Shown: positions 13,271 to 23,100 of the stretch, piece by piece | Layout of the letters: every line of letters begins with the position of its first letter | How positions within the stretch are numbered: the first letter of the stretch is position 1 | Notes under the pieces: generated by a model | What the model was told of the DNA's origin: nothing | Seen by the model: the letters and a program-made list of their open reading frames with translations, nothing else | The model's database searches: none | Translations under genes and position numbers: made by a program | Assembly: GCF_963921235.1 (NCBI RefSeq) | Contig: NC_086106.1 | Location: 34,658,001 to 34,722,000 of the forward strand | Length of the DNA stretch: 64,000 bases | Source: Mobula hypostoma | Lineage: Eukaryota | Reading direction: 5' to 3'

Positions 13271-13283
13271 AGATATCACTTAC

Positions 13284-13330
13284 CAGGTTTCACAGTCAGC
13301 TTTGTGCCCGTTCCGTTATGGAGTTTTTAA
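13284..13330 (-). CDS. IgNAR: IgNAR J segment
   Basis: Reads (T)-TAA-K-L-H-N-G-T-G-T-K-L-T-V-K-P, then a phase-1 GTAAGT donor from 13283; GxGTxLTVKP J motif. Confidence 0.92.
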
Positions 13331-13369
13331 CACAATGATTAACTTCCTATTCAGCACAATTCAAAAACT
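13331..13369 (+). other. J recombination signal sequence (23-bp spacer)
   Basis: Heptamer CACAATG 13331-13337, 23-nt spacer, nonamer TCAAAAACT 13361-13369. Confidence 0.9.
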
Positions 13370-13671
13370 AATCATTGAAACTGAATTGTAGACGGAGGCT
13401 TTCCACAATAATACAGAAAAGAAGGGCTGACCAATGTATTCCATTTCCTTCAGTTTCACCCGCCCTTGTATTTATTCAGTGCGTTGTAAGCGCACATGAT
13501 AATAAAACTGGAATTTCGCTGTTTGAGTACCAGGGACTGTAGGTAGAATTCAACCTAAAGGAGAAGTAAAGTTGTTTGAAAAACGATGTTGAGTAACATC
13601 CATGCACGTAACGGCATATTTTGTAGTCCCTTTTACAAGGAGATGAGCTTAAAAAATAAAACTGTTTCGGA

Positions 13672-13739
13672 GGTTTGTGCTATGGCTTAGACTACTGTGG
13701 CACTGTCGTTGCACATCAGTTCATATCAGCACAATATCC
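13672..13739 (-). other. IgNAR: J-proximal D segment (13700-13711) flanked by 12/12 RSSs
   Basis: Plus strand GGTTTGTGC-12-TACTGTG-[12 nt D]-CACATCA-12-ACAATATCC; sense D = CAACGACAGTGC (QRQC / NDS / TTV). Confidence 0.85.
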
Positions 13740-13881
13740 TCATTGTTGTAAATAGCGTATAAATCCGTCAGCTAATCCCATACGTCCATTATACAATGGC
13801 AGGGGACAAAAATTAAATGGTTGCACTGGCTTGTTTAAATCCCGTCGATAATCATTCTCAGCCAGGTAGATAATATCAACG

Positions 13882-13929
13882 CATTGTTATTAATATGATT
13901 ATCACATATGTACTGTAATTGCACAAACA
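13882..13929 (-). pseudogene. Possible decayed middle D segment (13889-13902)
   Basis: CATTGTT-[14 nt]-CACATAT-11-GCACAAACA; placed between the two clear D segments; no recognisable nonamer on the 22/23 side. Confidence 0.35.
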
Positions 13930-14051
13930 TATAGAGCAAGGCTATGTTTTGTGTACCAGTCTCTGGCAGAGATAAAGAAACTTTGTCAGAAAGCAGTTTT
14001 AGTCCCTAAAGAAATATTTTACATTAATTTCGCATTAATAACTGCCGAGGC

Positions 14052-14130
14052 GATTTGTGCATAAAGGGGACTGAAGATTCATCACTGTGGTTTGCTCCTT
14101 GGCACAGTGGTTGATTCAATAGCAATAAGG
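14052..14130 (-). other. IgNAR: V-proximal D segment (14090-14102) flanked by 12 (5') and 22 (3') RSSs
   Basis: Plus strand GATTTGTGC-22-CACTGTG-[13 nt D]-CACAGTG-12-GCAATAAGG; both heptamers perfect; sense D = CCAAGGAGCAAAC, open in all frames. Confidence 0.9.
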
Positions 14131-14325
14131 TCTCCATTTACATAACTCTGGGAGAATACTGACGCTGCACCTCCAACTGTATCCACTTGGATATAAGCGG
14201 CATTGTGACTGTCGCCAACTTAGTACTAATGTACGCTCGCTCTACAGCGGAATCACCTGCTGCTCGGAAATTTTCTTTTCCATAAGAACGAAGCAGTCAG
14301 AGATTCTCGCGTGAAAGATTTTCAA

Positions 14326-14363
14326 ACTTATTGAATTGGCATGTGCTCAGCTTCGTTACTGTG
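14326..14363 (-). other. V recombination signal sequence (22-bp spacer)
   Basis: Sense CACAGTA immediately after YFCSAED, 22-nt spacer, degenerate nonamer TCAATAAGT. Confidence 0.8.
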
Positions 14364-14635
14364 GTCTTCAGCACTGCAAAAATACGTGGCTGTGTCTTCA
14401 ACAATTAATTTGCTGATCTGCAGGGAAAATGACTTGTTTGTGCTGTTGACTGTTTCCGCATATCGTCCTCCAATAGACAGCCTATCCCAATCCGATTGAC
14501 TCGGTCTTTGGATGAACCATGATGTGACATTCAGGTTACAGTTACCATCTTTTAAAACACAGTTGATGGTCAGAGTTTCGCCTGGTTGTTTTATTGCTTC
14601 TCTTGGTGTCTGTTCAACCGATACACTGAAGGCAT
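14364..14635 (-). CDS. IgNAR: IgNAR variable (VNAR) exon, germline, intact
   Basis: AG acceptor at 14637-14636; VSVEQTPREAIKQPGETLTINCVLKDGNCNLNVTSW...LSIGGRYAETVNSTNKSFSLQISKLIVEDTATYFC. The short HV2 with no CDR2, and the TINCVL, GGRY.ETVN and SFSL motifs, are VNAR hallmarks. Confidence 0.95.
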
Positions 14636-14763
14636 CTGAAGGAAAGAAAACATATTTAATCATCGCATATCTGAAGCAGCACAGGATTTAACATAAAATG
14701 AAATTTGTGGAAGCAACAGCAATATAGTAACCATTATTCCCTGTAAAACTGAACTGTACTTAC

Positions 14764-14806
14764 TTGGCAACCAGGTTAAAAATATCGAAACATATAAAAT
14801 ATTCAT
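14764..14806 (-). CDS. IgNAR: IgNAR leader (signal peptide) exon
   Basis: ATG at 14806-14804, MNILYVSIFLTWLP plus phase-1 GTAAGT donor; splices in frame over a 128-nt intron to give ...WLPNAFS, resembling IgNAR leaders of the MNIFL...WLPNVFT type. Confidence 0.92.
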
Positions 14807-14831
14807 CGCTCCTTCACGACCTGAAAGCCTG

Positions 14832-14839
14832 CTATATAG
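14832..14839 (-). promoter_or_regulatory. TATA-like element of the V promoter
   Basis: CTATATAG about 26-33 nt upstream of the leader ATG. Confidence 0.4.
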
Positions 14840-14922
14840 AGAAGGTTCCAGACATCAGCGCAGGCTGTCTGTGCAACCTTGTGGTGAAGCAAAGACTTTA
14901 TAAGCCTCGAGAGTCTGGCCTC

Positions 14923-14930
14923 ATTTGCAT
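14923..14930 (-). promoter_or_regulatory. Immunoglobulin octamer (ATGCAAAT on the sense strand)
   Basis: Perfect octamer 117-124 nt upstream of the ATG, in the orientation of tetrapod VH promoters. Confidence 0.7.
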
Positions 14931-15852
14931 AATGCTGAATGACTGCACATTCACTACGATTGTAGCTTGGATAATGATATGCATTATATCCCATAATTAC
15001 ATCGGTAAAATATATGACGCATTAACGTGAATGTACGGATAGAAATTTAGAGAAAAATCTTCATTGCTTCCTTCCGTCGTACTGAACGTATTTCTCTTTG
15101 CTCTGTTATATGGAGAGAGCTTTGCAAAAATATGTTAAAAGTCTAATGGTCATTATGACACAGAAAATACTCTGAAACCAATTCAATTCATCACCACGAA
15201 TAACTAAAGATTATTCCTATTGATGCAGACAAACTGAACACATTCCTGTCTCCCTATCTTGCTTCCTCTATTCACCACTGGTTGTCAGCATGAATCTGAT
15301 CCCAGACGTAGTAACAAAATCTGAGCCGAAGTTTATTTTCATTTGTGGTTTCGAGACTTCGCAGGCAATGTGCGTGGATAGTAACGAAGCAACACACAAG
15401 ATACTGGAGGAACTCGACCAGACAGAAAGCATTACGATGAAAAAACTCAGATCTGCCGAAATTAGTGTAGTAATCCGGGTCATTTCTGATCAGAAGACAG
15501 AAAGGAAATGGACTTAGGGACGAAGATCCTATCAGATTGTTCATTGTGAAGGAATTTGTCAAATTCGAACAACATGGCAAACTGCGAACCATATTCCGTA
15601 ATGATGTCAAAGGGAGAAGAAGATGGGGAATGAATATGATAAATGACCAACTTCTGAGGCTAGCCGATACGCATAAAATACATAATTGTAATGGAATCTA
15701 TAACTTCTTGGGAAGAGTGGATGGCGGCAGATGTGGCAAATTTAGTCAAGAAGATAAAGAAAGCATGATTAAGGTTCAGGGAGATAAAATCGAACAGTGA
15801 TACTGAAAAATGTAAATGAGAGAGAAAAGTTTCAATAAGAAAATTAGGAGAG

Positions 15853-15869
15853 TGAGAGAGCGCGCGCGC

Positions 15870-15912
<43 letters not shown>
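15853..15912. repeat. Compound microsatellite (GA)n(CG)5(TG)10(AG)11
   Basis: Read directly from the sequence. Confidence 0.95.
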
Positions 15913-15913
<1 letters not shown>

Positions 15914-16029
15914 CCATATTTTGGCAAGTCGGATACATACCACAAGAAACAGAGATAACTCGGCAGAGGACAGAACCATTCACGGATAAAGCAGGAAGCA
16001 TGCTTTTGGAGAGCGATTATGTGCGTTCA

Positions 16030-16990
16030 GTCCTAAGGTGTACTTTGCCCATGTTTTTACCAAGGGGAGAGAATTAGAGGGTACTGAGACCAGAGTGGAG
16101 CGTGCTAATTTGTCAGGACATTTTGAGATTAGGAATCCCTTTAAAATCATTCATTTTGAAGTGTTTGCAGGGACTATTGAAGTATTCTAGAGAAAGGCGA
16201 GAATGGTGATTGCTGGCGCCATGACCAACATATTTGTACAAGTTCAACTTGAAGTTCGTTTATTGTCATTTGAGTGTACATATAGACAACCAAACGAAAC
16301 AACGTTCCTCCGGACGACGGTGCACCCACACAACATATATCACGCAGATACAAAACACCGAATTATACTCTAAATAAGTTCGTAAAATATAATTCAAAAT
16401 GTATGTAGTAATGCGGAGCGCAGATAAGTAGTAAACAGAACAGTAAGCAATGCGCTGTCCTAGAGACGATACATAGGTCTTGGTTGGGTATTCATTATTC
16501 TCACACCCTGAGGGAAGAAGCTTTTTTTGGGGGCGGGGGGAGATGTTGTTCCTTTATTCAGGAATGGAAATGGCGTTAATCTGGAAATAGTAGATTGGTG
16601 GATCTTATTGTCAGTGGCAGGAAAAGTGATATAGAGGATTCTTAGAAATATAATTTATGAGCATTTGGAAAAGCATAGCTTAATTAGAAATTATCAGTAT
16701 AGCTTTGTGCGAGGTAGGTTATCTCTTAGTATCGGTATTGAAGGTTTCAAGAAGGTGATGGAGATGATTGATAAAGGTAGAGAATTAGAATATGTCTACG
16801 TAGGTTTTAGGGAGATATGCGAGAAAGCCACGCATGGGATACTCGTACAGAAGATTAAGAAGCATGCTATCCATGGTGGCTTGGCCGTTTGGATTCATGA
16901 TTGTGTTGCCTACCGAAGACAGAGTGTAGTAGTTGATTGATGGTTCTGGTTGCAAGTACATCACTAATGTTGTTCCGTACCAGAACCTCC
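16030..16990 (+). mobile_element. Decayed CR1 RT fragments
   Basis: ORF 16665-16940 (LEKHSLIRNYQYSFVRGR...LVQKIKKHAIHG) parallels CR1 RT at 9638-9931. Confidence 0.7.
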
Positions 16991-17010
16991 GACGTTAGTG
17001 ATGATATACA

Positions 17011-19674
17011 TAGTGGCGAGCATTTGGTCCATGATGACAGACGAAAACAAGCTCGTTAAGCTCGTTTAATTCAACAGCCGATTTTATTGGGACAAGCACA
17101 AAAGCTGATCGGGCGCTATGACCCGGAGAGAAACCCACTCAGTCACATGCAGACGGGGAAGTGATTATTACATGCCCTGGTTACAGTCACTGTGACCCAC
17201 AAACACACATGCAAATAACTGTACGACCCAAGCTAGTGTCAGCCGGTCCCGGTCCGGCACGACTGGCTTCGGCCACTCAGGCAACCGCACTCGGTATACC
17301 ACATCGGGGATGCAGTCGAGCAGCTCTCCCGGCCCCTTCTAATGGATTACAAACTTGGGGGATAGTCTCTTCTTCCGGCTGCGGTAGTAGACCCGTACCG
17401 GGGCCTCCACCTAGTACTCCGGCATTGGCGCCCTAGACTGACTCCGGCTCGTTCTGGGACGTGCAAGCAGCTTTGTAGTGAACGAACAGCTCCAAGTCCT
17501 GGCCAATAGAAGCGTTCGCGCAACTTGCCCAACGTCTTTGCGACCCCGAAACGGCCTGTCCCACCAGCCCGTGCACGGACCGTAACACCGTGGCCACCGC
17601 CAGAACAGCAACCCGGCGTGCCCACTGAGAGAATAGGGTTTTAATTTCTGGATCTAGGGCGGAGACCTCTGTCCAGTCCGGCCATCGTCTCACGCTCAGC
17701 AATCCCTTTACTCGGACCAGCAGAGGATCGCTCACCTGCTCGCCGTGGAGGTTCGCGGTGAGACCGTGGTGCTTTGTACTGACCCCGCCGGGTCCGCTTT
17801 CTGAAGGTGTCCTGCCGGAGGACCACGGCTTCGGCGCCGAATTAGAGCATTGCCCCCAGTACATCCACGCGCCCCCGCGCCCCCGCGCCCCCAGCGTGAC
17901 AGCAGGCCCAGGTCAATGAGGCAGGACTCCCGGATGTCAGCCATACGCACCTCGTATTCTGCTGTGTTTTTCCCACTGCGATGCGCAGCCACCTCTTCCC
18001 TCTCAGCGCCGCACAGTTGCCAGTAACCATAGCCGCAGGGTGGATGGGCCGTGTTGCGAGGAAACCCGGATAGGTAATGGTGAGGATTGACACCGTGTCC
18101 ACCAACGCAAGACCTCTGATGCCCTCTACCACGCTGTCCACGCAAAAGCCTTGTTCTTCACCCAAACGTCCCACCCGGAGAGGCGACAACCGCAGAATTC
18201 TGCTGGAGGCGTGGAGCGGCGCCGGCTGGCTGCGCTGGGCTATGGCGTGGCGCTGCTGCGGAGCAATCCCAGGCCATATAGGTTGCCTCGCCATACAGAT
18301 AGCAGAGACCACTCCGTCGCACGCCATGGTGCCTGCGCGGTGCTGGTCGGAACTGTGTCACGGGCTCCTCTTCGTAAGTTTCCTCCTCCAACTCGGTGAC
18401 ATAAGCCCAGCATCGCGGCGTTCCGGGTGACACTAGAATGCTTTGGGGGAGTGAAGTTGCTTCGCCCTTCTGCCTCTGCCAGCGATGATGGTGATGTCAG
18501 TGTGACATGCTGCCGAAGACACTCTGGCTTGAGCGCTTTTTCAAAGGCGTGGAGGGCAAGCCCTTCTTGGGCCGCGGAAAGGAACTGGGGTTGGCCATGA
18601 CGAGCATAGTGGCGGAGATCTGCTGCGACCGCCCTCCAGGCCTTCTCCTACACGGCGCCACCTGCTGCCCAGTTCTTCTCTCATTGCTTCCTCCAATGGC
18701 CTCTACCTGAAACGCAGCTCCTGCGCCGCTTGGATAGCCCTATAGTCATGCTGCTCAACCGGCGTTAGGTCGAGCAGGGACCGCGGGGCGTCCCCCTCCG
18801 GTGCCAGGACAAGGGCCACCGCCGTTCTGGTGGGGCTCCACATTGTGCCACGCGGCAAGTTTGACGCATCAGGTAAGGCTCCAGGCGGCTGGTAGCATTC
18901 TATTTGAGGAGTTTAGGGAGGACTATGTACCGTGAAAACTGAGGCCTGTTGGTCTTCCTCTTCCTCCAGCGGTGTCGGTGGTACCTGCCATATTGCCCGA
19001 CCTCCCATTGCTGCGTTATCGTGGGTCCCCCGGTACGGTCCAAGAGGGAGGTGGGGGATGTGCTCCGCTATGCCCCCGGGTTCGGGAGCCTGGGTAGACT
19101 CGCCCCACCGGGTTCCTGGGGAAGGCATAATGCTCAGCTCCTAGGTCCTCCGGGTCGGCGTCCCATCTTCGGGTGCCCGGCCCGGAGTAGCGGGGTAGTC
19201 ATACTGCTCAGTCCCTTGGCCTATTCCCCGGGTTTTAAGGCATTCTATCCGATGTCGTAGCTCTTCAATCTCGCCGTGAATTTCTAATCCCACTCCTGAT
19301 CCCAATGTGGCGAGCATTCGGTGACAGACGAGAACAGCTCCTTTAACTCATCAGCCGCCTTTATTGCAACAAGCACAAAAACAGACTGGCCTGTATGACC
19401 CGAGGAGAGAACCACTCAGTCACATACTGATGGTGGAGGTCATCATTATGTACCCTAGTTACAGTCAATGTGACCCACAAACAAACATAAGGATAACCGT
19501 ATAACCGAAGATAAAATGTAACAATAAATGAACTTGAACATCCCACCATAATCCCGCGAAACAAGAACAATAAATAGCGCTGGCCACCAGGAATGCTGGG
19601 GCGGGCTGTCGACCAGGCCCACTCCGCGCACCACCCGCCCCGCGACCCCCGGAGCAAAGTATGTAGAAATTACA
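17011..19674 (-). mobile_element. Decayed, internally deleted Gypsy LTR element (gag, protease, integrase remnant)
   Basis: Related LTR-like ends starting about 17011 and at 19306; tRNA-Leu-like PBS TGGGATCAGGAGTGGGATT (19304-19286); degenerate zinc knuckle CYLYGEATYMAWDC; ALVDTVS protease remnant; GRFGVAKTLGKLRERFYWPG integrase zinc-binding remnant. Confidence 0.8.
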
Positions 19675-20149
19675 CGTCCTTCAGATGTCCTTGCTTCCCG
19701 GTAGCCACAAAGCAAGAAATCTGAAAGAACACAATTTAAAGTAAAAAGAATAACAATAAAAAAAAAAGAGACCAAGCAACGCACACAAAATTTTGGCGAA
19801 CTCAGCAGGCCAGGTAGCATCAATGGAAAAAATGTAAACAGTCGATGCTTCGGGCCCGAACCCTTTATTAAGACTGTTTATTTTTTTTTGTGTGTATTGC
19901 TTGGAATTCCAGCATCTGCACGTTTTCTCGTATTAATAAAAGACCAATACTCGATGCACAGGAGAATGACAAAAATGGAAGGCATGCAAACAATTGAAGC
20001 GAGCAACAGCATTCCAAACCAAAAATGAGTCCCCAGATCCGATCCCCGGAGCACCCCGGAGTAGACCCGAAGCTTCGCTGATCCGTTCATCTTATTAGCG
20101 GCCACGGAGCACAGCAGCCGGTGCAGTCTTTATAGTCTCAGCGCTATTG

Positions 20150-23100
20150 AGATGACCATCGTTGAGACCGAGCGAAATCGGCTCTCGTCCCGACCGATAC
20201 CCTATCTTGTCAGTCTATCTGAGCCAAGGTTTAAATTGACCCAACGACGGAACAGTGAAAGGCTCTGGAACCCTGGAGAGAGGACTGACCATCGCGGAGA
20301 GCGAGTGAAACCGGCTCTCGCCTCCAATATGGGTCGACGTTTTAATTCTACTTCGCACTGGGACCCAGGTACCGTTGACTTGGAAGGTCCTGGGACAAGA
20401 GCACGCTGCCCAGCTAATCGATGCAGCCTTGATTTCGTTGCCCAGCCCGAAGCCGCTCTTAAGTTTTTCAAGTACGCTCAGCCTTTCCTCTGCCTTCTCC
20501 GTGATGGAAAACTGGCACATTGCTTCCAGGGGCAGGACCGTTCCCCACTCTCCGTCCCTGCCAAGAGCTTGATGCGCAAGCCGTGTCTGCGCATTGCATT
20601 CAATGTACCGACTCCCCGGCCGGTATTTCAGACAGAACTCATTAGTAGACAACGCAGCAACCACAGATGGCCTGTGGCACCAATTTCACCGAGGTCAGGA
20701 TGTAAGGAAATGGATTGTTGTCCGTCCCCACTTTGAACTAGGCACCATACATATAGTCACTTAGCTTATCCACTAAAGCCCATTTCAAAGCCAGGAACTC
20801 AAATTGTGTGTGGGGTAAAGGGTGAGTGACTCCAGCTGACAAAAGCGACAGGTGTCAACCCTGTACCCAGGTCACGATACAGAACTCCCCGAAGCCCTGT
20901 CTGCTCTCATCCGTATGCAGTACATGCGGCAATCGGGGGTTTGCAAAAGCCAGCACAGCTTTTATCCTCAGCTGTTACTTTCGTTACGGAAAGGCTTCTT
21001 CACATTTCGGATCACATCTCGCTCCAAAAAGCTCCGCGTGGCTAAAATAATATTTAACAGCTTCTCTTTTCGTCCTACTCCCTTTCTTCCCCAAGAGAGT
21101 GTTACAGCACGAAAGCTGATTTAAGTGGTAACTCACGTTAGAGTTTTCCTTCACGAACCTCCGATATTTCTCAGAATCCAAGGAACGAGGTCAGGCCGCT
21201 CACAGACTGGGGCCTTGGCCGTGTGGTTACCGCCTCTATCTCAGACGGATCAATAGCTACTCCATTTCCTGAGACTATGTGCCCCACATAGTTGACAGAC
21301 GTCCTGTACTTGTCCAGGGAAAGTTTTACCCTGAATCTTTCAGGCAGCCCTGCACCTTTAAGTAGCCTAGCCTCATATCCCTTCAAGGTGAACGGGAATA
21401 CTGTGAGATCATCCAGGTACAGCAACACCTTAAGGAAGTTCATATCCCCCACGGCTTTCTCCATGAGACGCTGGAAAGTCACCGGGGGCTCCTGATATGT
21501 CCTGGGCTATCCTTTCAAACTGGAAGAATCCCAGTAGCCGTCTTCTCTTTGTCAGCCTCACTCATGGGTATCTGGTAATATCCACTCCTGACGTCCAGCC
21601 CACTGAACCACTTCGCACCACTCAGGCAGGCCAACGCATCCACCATTCTCGGAACAGAATACTGGTCGGCGACTGTACGCCTGTTCAGAGCCCGATAGTC
21701 CACACACGTCTGTACCTTCCCATTCTTCTTCCTGGCCACCATTATTAGAGACGCATAAGGGCTTCTGGACTCAGTGATGATCCCAGCTTCCTTCAGTTTC
21801 CGCAGATGCTGCCGAACGTCCACACCTCTGCAAGCGCCAGTCGCCGCGACCTGTCTCTGAACGGGGTGTTCTCTGTCTCCCGAATGGTGCGGCGAGTGCT
21901 CTTGGAGCAACCCACATCAAACTCGTCAGTGGGAAAGACATCTTCCAGCTTCAACGTCTTCTCTATCAAACTTCCCTTCCAAATTCCAAATACCAAGGTG
22001 TCCCAAAAGTTGAATAACTCGGCAGTCAAATTTCCCTTTTTTGGAGAGAGTTTCTTCCCGACTTGTCTCACAGAGACACTAGATTTTACCGTCACCGGAA
22101 AGAGATGTGCCATTGGCATATGCCGGCTAAGGGTGCCCTTCCTCTCCGAGGTGGTCCGGACAATCACAGTAATCCCGTTCACTTGTGCAACCGAGGGTTT
22201 CTGCAGCTCGAGTCTCATCAATACCCCCGCAGGTAAGGATGACTTCTCTTCGTGTTCTTCTGGAGTATCCACCAAGAGGTCCTTGACATCAGGCATTCCG
22301 GGAAATTTGGAGTTTCCCGTCACTTTAGCTACTTCCTCAGGCCGTAACACGAATGGTTTGGACTGGGTTTACCGCACAGTCCCCCGTTTAGAAACATAGA
22401 AACATAGAAAATAGGTGCAGGAGTAGGCCATTCGGCCCTTCGAGCCTGCACCGCCATTTATTATGATCATGGCTGATCATCCAACTCAGAACCCAGCCTT
22501 CCCTCCATACCCCCTGACCCCTGTAGCCACAAGGGCCATATCTAACTTCCTTTTAAACATAGCTAATGAACTGGCCTCAACAGTTTGCTGTGGCAGAGAA
22601 TTCCACAGATTCACCACTCTCTGTGTGAAGAAGTTTTTCCTAACCTCGGTCCTAAAAGGCTTCCCCTCTATCCTCAAACTGTGACCCCTCGTTCTAGACC
22701 TCCCCAACATCGGGAACAATCTTCCCGCATCTAGCCTGTCCAATCCCTTTAGGATCTTATACGTTTCAATCAGATCCCCCCTCAATCTTCTAAATTCCAA
22801 CGAGTACAAGCCCAGTTCATCCAGTCTTTCTTCATATGAAAGACCTGCCATCCCAGGAATCAATCTGGTGAACCTTCTTTGTACTCCCTCTATGGCAAAG
22901 ATGTCTTTCCTCAGATTAGGGGACCAAAACTGCACACAATACTCCAGGTGTGGTCTCACCAAGGCCTTGTACAACTGCAGTAGCACCTCCCTGCTCCTGT
23001 ACTCGAATCCTCTCGCTATAAATGCCAGCATACCGTTCGCCTTTTTCACCGCCTGCTGTACCTGCATGCCCACTTTCAATGACTGGTGTATAATGACACC

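Noticed and set aside
13701-13707. Extra heptamer CACTGTC inside the last D
   Set aside because: No nonamer at a 12 or 22/23 spacing; the flanking heptamers already fit 12-bp spacers
14328-14663. V exon as a NAR-TCR (TCR-delta) V or conventional VH
   Set aside because: It is followed by D-D-J and two IgNAR-type constant exons, with no supporting TCR V-delta; it lacks CDR2
15290-15800. Host gene exon (ORFs 15290-15517 and 15537-15800)
   Set aside because: VVIRVISD and EFVKF resemble a decayed CR1 endonuclease, and the 3' part resembles CR1 RT DNA
17209-17216. Second octamer upstream of V
   Set aside because: Lies inside a Gypsy LTR 2.4 kb away; likely chance. The same applies to 54892-54899 in a Penelope repeat
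19286-19304. tRNA gene (also 26971-26989)
   Set aside because: These are primer-binding sites complementary to tRNA 3' ends, not full tRNAs
20740-20881. LTR start of the PNMA-type Gypsy
   Set aside because: Translates as RNase H (LHTDES...GVLY, EFLALKW), so it is internal pol sequence
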